A DNA stretch of 64,000 nt from Pelomyxa schiedti (Eukaryota; Protista; Evosea). Position 1 is the first letter of the stretch. The number at the start of each line of letters is the position of its first letter. Below, piece by piece: positions 49,999-61,158 of this stretch. Location: positions 1 to 64,000 of the forward strand of contig JAHLWZ010000676.1 in assembly GCA_020536535.1 (NCBI GenBank). Direction: 5' to 3'. The position numbers and the translations under genes are program-made. The notes under the pieces were generated by a model. That model made no database searches and was not told where the DNA came from. It saw only the letters and a list, made by a program, of their open reading frames with translations.

Positions 49999-50358
49999 GT
50001 GAGTGGTGGGAAGCTTGTGTTAGGGGTTAAAAGCCCTTGGGAAGGTCTGAGGTTCCGTAAAGCTTCTCTAGGCGGGATGGGGTTTAATGCCTCGACTCTA
50101 GGACCAGAAACAATACCTGGTCTCGGCCAGAACCCGGCCCCTCGTGGGCTGGGTTGGGAAAAAGACTCCGAAATCAATAACGGCCCAGGACACGTCCCGG
50201 TTACCGTCGGAGGATTCCTCGTGGTGTTCCTGCTGGCTGGGATCACAGTTGAGAAAACCTAGATAATGGACAAAGTCCTCGTCAGTTGGATACACAAGGC
50301 AGTGCCTGAGTCCCCTTGGGCACTGTAACTCAATTCAGACTACTCTCTCGCCACTCAC
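49999..50358 (+). ncRNA. RPR1: Nuclear RNase P RNA
   Basis: CR-I GGGAAGGTCTGAG (50039-50051) and CR-V AACTCAATTCAGACTACTC pair to form P4; 5' GTGAGTGGTGGGA pairs with 3' TCTCGCCACTCAC (P1); followed by T8. Confidence 0.93.
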
Positions 50359-50366
50359 TTTTTTTT
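50359..50366 (+). terminator. RNA polymerase III poly-T terminator of the RNase P RNA gene
   Basis: T8 immediately after the 3' strand of P1. Confidence 0.8.
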
Positions 50367-50455
50367 CTTTTTGTTTTGTTGGTTGGTTGTTTGTTTAGTA
50401 TTTGTGGAATGGAAAGCATAGAGGAGGGCAAGGTCCTTTTTGTTTTGTTTGTGGT

Positions 50456-52169
50456 TCAATGAGAACCACTGTCCAGTGTTTGAACAAGACGTAACAGAGG
50501 TACACCAATTCTATCAATGCTATCAGCTGCCCACAAAACCTAAATGAAACCGACAGTGGTGAGTGAGGTAGAAGAACAGTGAGAAAAACCATACATCCAT
50601 GTGGTTATAGTGTTCTAAGTCACACCAATGAACAACGTTGCAGGAAGTGGCAGCTAACTCAGCTTTAAGTGGGTCACAGTCAACAACAGAATCCTCTTGT
50701 GCGGCAAAGATGGCAACTGGGCAATGTATATTTTTGATGGAGAACCTAGATCACATTAGACTATGGAATTGAAAGACCGTCATACTCGGGCACTGTGGAC
50801 GGAAGTGAGGGGAATATTTTCCGCTTATGAAGTGAGAAGAGCCAATCAACTACCAGACGGGCAGAGGTATGCTCCGGTGTGAACTTGAAGAAGGCGGGCA
50901 TATTTTCTTTAGGCCACTGTGTATTCCTCCAGTGGAAAATATGGTATACTCCCAATACACCAATTGCAGCATATAAGCGTTGCGGGAAAATGTATCTCAG
51001 CCAGACAGTTATCGGGGCAAAACCGTGGCTACCGAATATCAGACGCGTTACAGAAGGGAAACGATTGGCGAGGCGAAAGATCCAATGAATGGAGCCACGC
51101 AAATAGTACGCAGGGCACACCCCAACAAAGAGTGACAAGTGCTGAGATAGATCAGAATGAACCTGGAACCCAATTAGTGCCTGTGTACCCCCTTAAAACG
51201 GGTTAGTAAAATGTGGAAAATCCGCATAAGAACATAAGTTCTTAACCTTGTGAGTGACCCACAAAAACGGGTTTTTTGGCTGTACACTTTTCCACATAAA
51301 GTACTATCGCCTCAAAGTCGTATGTCCCAAGGTCAGTCTGCAATTAATTATAAAACAGTGAAGATAGTATGTCACACCAGAGTCCAGTCCCAATACTGTC
51401 GGTTACTTGGTTTTATAGATTCATGAAGGCGATAAACACCACGAGTATTGCCAAGCCAAACGTCGCATCCAAGTGTGGCCAAATACTAAATCGAGAAGGC
51501 AATGTCACCTGAGGCCAAAAAAGAAAAAGAAACAAGCTGTTACCATGGGATAACTTCTAGGACCATTAGCCAACCACACCCCTGCATAACTTCATTGAGT
51601 GTTTTATCTTCGCGTTCCCGATTAGATATAATTATCTACTACTATAACAGTCCCCAAGCAGTATCTTAGAGTGCAAAAACGAACCAGCAGAGTGCATCAA
51701 GCCATGTTGAAATATAATGGGAGTCGAAGGAGCACAAGGCGGCGACGGTGAGGCATTGTGATCGGCATAGTTTCTTGTTCTCACAATCCTGTGGACAATG
51801 AGAATGTGTCCATCACGAGTCTTGACATGGTGGTCCTCAAGGGTGAATCCTTCTGATAAATAATCCCGAGGATTTGTGGTGAATCGTTGTCCAAACAAAA
51901 GAACCATCATTTTATGAGTGAATGACCTCACCAGAGTCCTTCCTTAAAAAAATTTGTTAATTTTAAATAAAGATTTTAATTTAATATAATAATAAAGAAA
52001 GCAAAGGGAAAGTAAAAACGGAAGGAAATGGAAGGTCACCACAATGAAACGGATTCAACAAACAAATAGTAATTGCTGTAAGAACAAAGGAGCAACAAGC
52101 CGAGATCCACCGTACGACACACGACCATGCCGAAAAGAACACCGCAACACCACCCTTAACGACGAGCAT
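50456..52169 (-). CDS. Alpha/beta-hydrolase lipase (lysosomal acid lipase / sterol esterase family)
   Basis: HHVKTRDGHILIVHRI, IIFQHGL, DVWLGNTRG, DLGTYD, VGHSQG nucleophile elbow, EDSVV acid, YNHMD catalytic His. Confidence 0.9.
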
Positions 52170-52337
52170 TGTTTATTGTTTATTCCTTTAAATATTAATT
52201 GCCTATTGGGTTTTCGTTTTTTTAGGCAAAACTGTAGTTCGCGTAACTGATCATCTGTGTATGTCTGACATCAGGGAACTTACACCATCGAGATGGCTCA
52301 AAACAGTTTTGGCGTGGGGCACCGGGCCTTGAATAAG

Positions 52338-55300
52338 TTAGAACTTCAAAAACTTGTTCGCAGTTTGTTGGGCTGTGGCCATGTCAAAGTTCAACAGGTA
52401 GGCATTGCAATAGGGGTCACGTGCCATGTCTGAGGAGCTCAGAACACTGTGCCAGTCTCTGATTTTTGGAGTCAGAACGGTGGGGTGCAGGAATAGGTCC
52501 GCAACCTGGGGACCCCACAACAGAACTCTCCACAGAGTTATGAGTTCATCCCACGAGGGCCTCTCTGTTGCATTGATGCGCAAACATGCTTGTATCACGT
52601 CCCTGGTATCTGGACCGCAACCAGTGATTTTGGGGATGATGATTGGTGTCTGGGAAAAGCAGTCTGCCTTTTGGCCACTGAACATCTCATAGGCAATAAC
52701 ACCGAGGCCCCACAAATCAGCCTTTGAGAGGTCAAGGAAATCATCAGTGAGCTTTGTGACACGAAGCTCTGGTGCTCTGTGTATTGGGTTTCCTCCTCGC
52801 CTATTTGTAATGGTCTCTGGTGCCACCTTTGAAATGTTCCTTACCTGGAAATTGCAGCCAAAGTCACTTATAACAACTCTTGGCCTGGAAGACCTTAAGT
52901 CAACCAAAATGTTGTCAAGCTTGAGGTCTTGGTGTATATAGTTGAGGCCGGTGACATGCTGCAGCCCAAGGCTCAACTGCAAAAGCATGTGGATTTTGCT
53001 GCTTTCATCACAAATCCTGAATTCACTTTGCCCCCGTAGGAAAGTCTTCAGGTTGCAATGGAATGGGGTCATAATGATAAAAGTGGTGCGATCTGCTGCT
53101 GGACCACCTCTGGATGCGGGAACATAGTACGGTGATTGATACCAGCCAGGTAGTAATTCCGGAACCACATTATCGTTGAAGTGATGCAGCACAGAAAGAA
53201 CATTTGGATGGTCAAAAGGCAAGTTAAATTCCTCAGTAAATAATAGTTCCAGTGCCGCACTGTGGTCCGCAGTTTGATCGAAGTTTAGTAAGACTTTCAT
53301 GGCAAAACTGCGTGCTGAGCTGTGGTGGGAAACTAAGTACACCAATGCATTCACTCCGTATTGGCCCCTTCTTTCTTGGCTGATACCAATCTGCAGTTTT
53401 ATGGTGAAGTCAGAAAACTTACTATCCTGAAGAAGACGTTTCAACTGTGCTTGTTCATTTCGGTCTTCTTGTGCCTGCCTTGCTATCTGCACGGTTTTAG
53501 AGTTTAGGTAACGTAAAAACTTTCCTCAGAAAATACCTCTTCTGCCTGAGATAGGAGTTGTGGTTCAGGTACAACAGAGTCTGCATCATTTACGTGTTGG
53601 AGTTCATCCAAAATTTCATCAGCAGTTATGCGAAAGATGCCTCTCTGTCGTAATCTGGCACAGCATTTCAAAACCTGCAATTTTGGGAACTCCATATTCA
53701 CAATATCGTCAATTAAATTCCCTTGATCAAATGAAACTTGGTAGCCCTGTGTGGAGTCAACTCCACCAACGCAGAACTTCGAAAGATGTTGTGCCAGAAG
53801 TCTTTGCTCTACTTTGGGGAAGGTACCAATAGGCAATCCATTCAGTTCTTTCAATAGTAGAAAGCATAATGTGCCGACTTTTCGGTTAATATCTGTACTT
53901 GTGCGGAAATAGGTTTCCAGAAAATGTTGGTCGTCAGAACTCAAGGTCTGAACCATGGAAAACTCGTTTGCCCACAAAAAGTTCTCCAAAAGAGTGACAA
54001 CAGTAGAGGCTGATACCCGCATCAGTGGGTTGGGTTGTAGACAGTATTTTACAAGAGTATTGATCGATGAAAAAGCGGAATTAATTGCCTGTGAGCGGTT
54101 GCAGGGTGAAATTCCCAAAATATCAAAACATAGGCTTCCAAGAGCCCACACATCACACTTACTCCAATCGCGTTCAACATAACCACTAGTTGCCCTGAGT
54201 TCGGGAGGATGGCACATGGGGTTCCCTTCCACCTCGCTAGAAAGTAATTTGGTCGCAGCACAGCCGAAATCCACAACATGAACTGATCCGTCACTATTTA
54301 CCATTACATCTCCCAGCTTCAGGTCTCGGTGTGCAATGCCATTACGGTTCAAATGATCCAGAGCTTTTGCTACCTGAAGAAGTATGAGCAATAACTCACG
54401 CTCTTCCCAGATTGTTTGATGTTGCACAATTTCAAGAAGAGACTGGTCATAGAACTCCATAACGAAGTATGTTGTCTTTCCTGTTCCAAAATTCTTCTCT
54501 TCTGGTGAGGGGTTTAATGTCGCGTCAGTGAAATAATCTAGTACTCTACAAATATTTTCGTGTGGATACTTCAGTGGTATCTTGTACTCTTTGTCAAAGT
54601 CAGTACTGTCCAGACTGGGAATGTCCCAAAGCTTTTTAATGGCAACAGTCATTGAACGAAAGGTAGCTGCATAGACTTCTCCATTGGCGCCAAATGCAAT
54701 AGGTCTTGGCGATATAGTAAAATTGCGCAGACGCAAGTTGCTCAGGCTAGCTGTATGATATGACCTATTTCCTTGCTCGTAGCAACTAAGGCGAGTCATC
54801 ACTTCCTTCAATGGAGGGAACTTCATAGGGTCGATAACCGGTTGTGGTGCCCGGAGCAGCGTATCGCCAGGAACTTCAGCAACAACGCTCGAACTTGAGT
54901 GCACGTCGTCGACCGGAATTCCCGTGAGCACCGCACTGCTGTACTTCTTGATCCTCGGTTCAACGGTAGTGAATACAACTGTGTGCGTGGAAACAAAGTC
55001 AGTCAGGAAGCGCAGCGGCACGTTGTCGCCCAGCTCATCGCCATTTGTATACGCCCTGCAAGCATCTGGGAAGTCGGAGTACATTTGTCTGAGCTTGGCC
55101 TTCAGGCAGGCGACGGTGGCACACCCGGCCCACACAGCCATGTCAACGGTTCTGGTGACATATCTCCAGTTGAGGCGGATGGTGCCTGGTTGCTGGGCGG
55201 GGTCCGGCCTCAGAACCACCTTCACGTTAGACTCGTCAGCGGCACAGTGCTCACTAATGAATTGAAGCGGATAGCCCGAAGTTAAAAGAACGAGCTGATC

Positions 55301-55438
55301 TGCTGGCTGCGCCGTGGCGTCCTGGATTTGTTGCTGTACCATACGAGCCGGCGCGGGCACGTATGTATCCAGGGAGAAGACAGCATATCCCTTCAACTGG
55401 AACGCCATGGTCAGCGTGGTATGTGGTGGACTTGACAT
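52338..55438 (-). CDS. Tandem Ser/Thr kinase: two Ubl-like domains, PINK1-like kinase, UBA-like domain, second PINK1-like kinase
   Basis: ORFs 53504..55438 and 52338..53492 join in frame via GT-AG intron 53487-53536 (SQAEE/IARQ); HRDLKLGD/VVDFGC and HQDLKLDNILVD/VISDFGC/RGGNPIHRAPE/SKADLW/LLWGP. Confidence 0.85.
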
Positions 55439-55821
55439 TCCTTCTTAACGTTTCGAGCAGGTGGAACGACCACCTGAGGGTCAGCCATGCATTGCTTCCT
55501 TTGGGCCAAAGAATCTGCTGCACCACTCTATTGGTTCTTCTTGGAGAATGAGGGTGCCCGTGCAGGAATAATCAGATCCCGGATTCCAACACACGAAAAT
55601 GAAAGCGAAGGGCTCCTGGGGTGGCAAAGCACCAGCGTCGCAAACCGCTGTTAAATACACACCGCCTACCTACATGTCATCAACCGCGTCCACACCGACC
55701 ACCACCACCACCACGACGTCGACGCAGTCGCACCGTTCCGCGTCGTCGGCCCCTGCCTCCACAGCATCAGCAGCTTCCACCACGGCACCGAGGGGCGGGC
55801 GAGGCAGAGGGACCAGGAGCG
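55221..55821 (+). repeat. Copy 2 of the duplication matching 1..595
   Basis: About 98% identity to 1..595. Confidence 0.95.
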
Positions 55822-56771
55822 GGACCTTCACCGGGGCCTTCGAGTGGGCCGCGTGCACGGCGAGCTGCGTCACGGGGTGCAAGCACGAGTGCCGGTACTG
55901 CTACGCGCGGCACGACGCCCTGAGGAGGCAGGGCATCACGGCCGCGCGCTGGCGCGAGCCCGTCGTCAACTGGGAGGAAGTCAACAAGCCCAGGAGACTG
56001 GAGAATGGGTCGGTGATGTTCCCCGCGACTCACGACATCACCCCCGACGTTTTGGAACCTTGCATGATCGTGCTGACGAAGCTCTTGGTGAGCCGGCGTT
56101 GTCTTGTGCATTTGTGAGTTGTGTTTTGATAGTTGGATGCATATGATAGTAAAGACCACACTGTATACAGTTGAACGACTTTCTGACGGCTTTTTTTTTT
56201 TTTTTTTTTTCATCAGCAAGCGGGCAACAAGGTGCTCATTGTTTTGAAGCCTCATATTGAAGTGGTGAAAGTACTCTGTGCTGAACTTGCACAGTACAAA
56301 GAAAACATCCTATTTAGATTCACCATTGGCGCAATGGACAACACCATCCTTCATGTATGTATCAGTATTGATGCTCTTTCCTAATATAACTTTCAGTATT
56401 GGGAACCTGGTGCGCCACCATTCGAGGAGAGGCTCGAGTCACTGGCATATGCATGCAGCTCTGGGTACAACACAAGTGTCAGTGTGGTTCCAATGCTGGA
56501 TACGGCTAACACACCTGCTTTGTACCATGCACTAGCACCTCACGTCACAGATGCCATCTGGATTGGGAAGATGAATAAACTTGATGACCGCATTCGAATA
56601 GAAACAGAGGAGGATCGCGCAAATGTTGAAGCAATACGCTCCTCACAGCAGAACGCCCAAATTGTGAAGCTGTATGCCGCCCTAAAAGACGAACCCAAAG
56701 TGAAGTGGCAGGCGAACATAAAGGAGGTTGTGGGCCTCCCACTCCCAACACAGGCAGGCACAGATGAATAA
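55599..56771 (+). CDS. Radical SAM protein of the prokaryotic spore-photoproduct-lyase-like (SplB/COG1533-type) group, with two introns
   Basis: TGCKHECRYCYAR (CxxxCxxC); introns 56088-56216 and 56355-56396 give NKVLIVLKPH...FRFTIG...YWEPGAPPFEERLESL...TSVSVVPMLD...IWIGKMN. Confidence 0.85.
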
Positions 56772-56862
56772 ATTTGCCAAAATGAAAACACTTGTTTATA
56801 GGAATTTTTTATTATTTTTGGTTTTTAGACCATTGCACTAAGTGGTATGAAAACCCTTTTGT

Positions 56863-57592
56863 TTACATGTCATCATAAAGGTCCTCCTTGTTGCCATCAG
56901 GGAAGGCGTCACACAGAAGTCGGATCCAGTCAACAGTGGACCAAATTCCACAACCACCAAGAGTAAGAAGCTTGAAAACTCCAGCAGCAATGTCTGCATT
57001 TAAGAGTGAGTAAAAAAAACAAGGAACGCTGTTGGCTAAAGAATAGTAAAGGAACAAGAAAACCAAGGTTCATTAAATAAAATAAATAATTAACACCCTA
57101 TTATTACGAGGATGAATTGATAGAAGTTGCAACAACCAAAAAAGAAGAAGAGAAAATAAAAATCAAACACATACAGCCGCCGCTTCCGCGAGCCAAGTAG
57201 AACCAGTCAGCGCCAAAGGAGCCGACGAAGAAAGAGAGCAGGAAGGCGGTGAGCTTGCTCTTGCCCTCGTAGTTGCAGGCCGTGGAGTCTGCGATCCTGT
57301 TGTCGTCGTCGGCGGACAGCGTGATGTAGGGCTCGTTGCACACGCAGTAGTACCCGTTGCAGTACCCCCGCTCTGGGTACCCGCACTCGGCCTCGGCGAG
57401 GTCCATCGTGCACGCGACCATCTCCTCCATGAGCTGGCGGCCGTTGCCTTTGCCGTTTGCGGCGACCGCTGGGGCCTGCGGCGAGTGCTTGGCGTCGTAG
57501 ACCGAGTAGGTAAGGATTACAGCGGTGGCGACGATGCCTACGATGAAGTAGGCCTTCATGAGCAGTTTGAGCTTGAAGCAGCAGCCGGGCAT
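56863..57592 (-). CDS. TM2-domain protein with N-terminal membrane anchor and EGF-like module
   Basis: KSKLTAFLLSFFVGSFGADWFYL and KLLTLGGCGIWSTVDWIRLL (TM2); CGYPERGYCNGYYCVCNEPY (EGF-like). Confidence 0.9.
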
Positions 57593-57978
57593 GGTTGGTT
57601 GTTTATGAAAGGGGTTGGTTGTGGTGTGTTTGGTGCTGTTTGGTTGTGGTTTTATTTTATTTTACTTTGTTGTCCTTTTCCTTTGGTTTTCTCTTGAAGA
57701 TTTGGTTTTACTGGATCGACTTTCCCGGAACTGGAGTTGACACAATTGCAAATGGGAAATGGTTCAGAAACCATAGATGTGGATTTCGCCCTGGTTGCTT
57801 GACACCGAAAGGGGCTTCAGCCCAGAGGGAACGAGCTCCTCAGAAGGAACCTTGTTATTTTCCTTCACCCCATTCTTTAAATCCTTCGTCGAAAGGGGGG
57901 CTTTCCAAGCGGCGTTCTGATGGTGATGAAATTGCGTTTTCTCAACAGGTACAAACAAAAATTAAAACAGCAAACACC

Positions 57979-60900
57979 ATGACAGACTACCAGAGGCTTT
58001 TCAAAGTGTTGTTGTTGGGGGAGGCAGCTGTGGGCAAATCCAGTTTGTTGGATAGCATGGTGAACGAGGGGCCTGGTTTCTCCCCAGAACCCACAATTGG
58101 TGTTGACTTCAAAGTTTTGCTGAGGGATATGCCACCAATTGGTAAAGTAAAGTTCCAGGTTTGTGTATTTTTATCTTGTATCCTTTTATGGATAATGTAC
58201 TATAGATATGGGATACATCTGGTGAGTTCTTTTCTTTCCAGGTTCCAATTTACGCTTTGGGAGCTACTCACACCCATATAAATCAGGACAAGAACGGTTC
58301 AGAACCATAACATCCTCGTATTATCGAGGAGCACATTGTGCCATTCTGTGCTTTGATGTCACTAAAGCTGAATCCTTTCTTCAGATTAAGGATTACTGGC
58401 TTCAGCAGATAGAGAGGTATGCAAGTCAGGATATACCAATGATTTTGTGTGCTCTTAAGGTGAAACTCCCTAACTTTCAAATATGCTGAGTTATTTTTTT
58501 TTTTCTTTTTTGACAGTGTGATCTTGCTTCACAAAGGGTTGTTTCAAGGCAAGAGGCCATTGATTTTGCACGTAGTCATGATTTTCCATATGTTGAAGCT
58601 TCTTCTGCTACTGGCAGAGGTGCAGAATTGGTTCTACCTTCCTTAATGAATGGCCAACAACCTCTCATTGATTTTGACTCTGGGGAGAGTTCCAGGGTCC
58701 CTGTGATCGCTTCTGAAATTTGCATTGTTGGGGACTGCAGCTTACCATTGACCTCAGTGAGTTTTTCGGTACAAGTAGGTAGTTACACCCTTTTAACCTG
58801 GTCCTCATAAAAAATAGGCAAAAGGAAATATTGCATCTGTATCCTCTGTTTTCACCTTTAGAAGTGCAAATGAAATAACCGAGGCGGCATTTCCTATTCC
58901 ATGCAATTCTGTGACTACTTTAACAGCTTTTGTTCTTACCTTAAATGGCCGCGTTATGAATGGAATTCTTCAAGCAAACTCATCAGCCATAACATCCAAT
59001 CAATTACCAACTCTCAAAGAAGGCACTTTAGCCCTTTCACTTGGAGGAATCCCTGCCCGTGTGAGAGGTGAAATAAGTACAACCTGGGTGACAGAGATGC
59101 CCTTCAATGGAATAGGATTCCAATTTGTGTATCCCATTTTATCCCCCAAATCAAGGTATGAGTGACCCTTCTGTTACCAATCATCATTCCCTTCCCGGCA
59201 GCAACTCTGGTTTTCTTGACGGTACAATCACCTACCATCATGAGCTCCCTATTACTATGCACTGTAATCTGCTTAGTTACGATGTGAAGTCTCAATCCCC
59301 CAGTGAAACAGTCTTGACCATCAATCGTGGGCGATGCCCTTCATCTGATCTGGATGTAATAATAAAAACCATACCACCAAATGGTGCCACCCAAATAACC
59401 ACTGAAGGCGACCTAGCTGTTGCTCTTCATGTTGTTCCACAGATTAATTTCGATTACTGTACGACATGTTTTGTGGTATTTTGTTGCTAGAAATCTTACT
59501 TTAAATAACGCAAGCACAGGCAGTACTTGATTGCTCTCAGACAATGTTTGGGAACAAATGGAATCACCTAAAAAGAGCATGTCAAATTTTCCTTGCCAGT
59601 TTACCTCCAGATTGCTACTTCAATGTGATCAAATTTGGGACCACTTGTGAATCAACATTTGGTCTTCCAGTTAGATACACCCAAGAAACTATGAAAAATG
59701 CTATGGGTATTGTATCCAACTGGGAGACATCATCTTCGACGGATCCTAAAAATGTATACGATCCCCTAAAAATGATTGTGGAGTCAAGGACTATGTCTTC
59801 TGCCCCAACAAAATATGCTGTGGTACTTGTTACAGACGGTGGAATAAGCGCCGAACGAACTTCTGTTATAAGCCTGGTACAAGGGAGAGATATGTTCATT
59901 TACACAGTCGGTGTTGGCCCCAATGTAGACACCGAATTTTTGAGTACAATCTCTTCTTGTACTGGTATAGCTCATGTTCCCCACCATTCTGCATTTCACT
60001 AAAAAAAAAGGGGGAAAGACCCAGATTGTTTCTTCTGAAGTTGGTATAGAATCAGCTGTTGTCAACCAGTTGGCCTTCGCCAGTGGGCAGAAGTTTGATG
60101 CAAACCTGTCATGGGGAACTCTCCCCACTTTGTGCGCTAGTCAGTTTCCGTTTATTGCCTCTAAGACTGGCACAGTTACACTCACTTCTGGTAAGCTTAC
60201 CACAGAGTATGCGTTGTGCTGCTTAGGGTCCCCATCACCTGGAGTAAAAATGGCAACAGCAGTTTACACAGCAAACATTTTTGGCCAGAGTTATCAATGG
60301 GATTTGGATATAACTACTCCCACTGAAGAAAATAATTCAACCACAAGCCCTCTTCATCAGATGGCGGCCTTCTGCTTGTCAACAGTGCACCCAGAGCTTT
60401 CCAATGTACACTACTTTTATCTTCATTCTGAGCTAACATACATATACCGTACAGGCTCTTGCTCTGAGATATAATATTATGAGCCACAGCGTATCTTTCG
60501 CCATTCCCGCGCCCAACGACCCCACTCCCGCAACCACAACCACAATTCCCTACCGCACCCTACACCTTATCCGGCCACCCACCAGCAAACTCCTGTCCCT
60601 GCAGCCCTACTCCCCACAACCCTCCGTAATCACCCTCTACTCCCGGGCCAAGCCAAACCCCTCAGCCTCCTCCTCCTCGTCCTCCTCCTGCTGCGGCAGA
60701 GGAGGCGGGCAGACTCCCAGCTGGGAAGTAGTCGAGGCGCCAAAATCCGCCGCGAGCGCCGGCGGCGGGGGCCCCGAAGACCGCCTCGCCGGAATCCTCG
60801 ACGCCCTCGTCAGGTCCCAGCACGCCCATGGGTTCTTTGAGGCGGCCCGGCTGTGCCAGGAGCCCTCTCTGAGCTTCTTTACGAAGAAGAACTTGTTCCC

Positions 60901-61087
60901 CACTTCGGACCCGTCGTCTACAACCTGCCTCGTTCTGGCTGTGCTCACTATTCACCTTCCCTCGCTAGCTGATGAGTGGTTGCTATTCTCTGGTAAGGCA
61001 CGGGCTTGGCTGGGGAAGTTTGGGGTGGCTTTGGAATACTCCTTCACTGGCGCAATGACCACAATACACAGCACGAGCCTTGCTTGA
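57979..61087 (+). CDS. Rab-type small GTPase fused to VIT and vWA domains (VWA5A-like)
   Basis: FKVLLLGEAAVGKSS, TIGVDF, IWDTS/GQERFRTITSSYYRGAH, LK/CD, EASSATG; continues in frame into VIT-like AAFPIP...AFVLTLNGRVMNG and vWA VLDCSQTM, FNVIKFG, VLVTDGG, IYTVGVG. Confidence 0.8.
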
Positions 61088-61158
61088 CACAAAGCCCGAA
61101 ATAAAACACTGAACTTCATTTTGTTTATTTTATTTTTTTTTTGTACATAGGTTTTGTG

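Noticed and set aside
49989-50295. Short ORFs in the RhoGAP-lipase intergenic region, and RNase MRP as an alternative identity
   Set aside because: The region is explained by RNase P RNA; CR-I GGAAGGUCUGAG pairing with UCAGAC is the P-type signature, not the MRP GAAAGUCCCC type
52338-53492. Second kinase ORF as an independent gene
   Set aside because: It starts at a non-ATG codon and joins the upstream ORF in frame through a 50-bp GT-AG intron
55599-56771. Radical SAM gene as bacterial contamination
   Set aside because: It needs two GT-AG introns to restore the frame and is contiguous with eukaryotic genes
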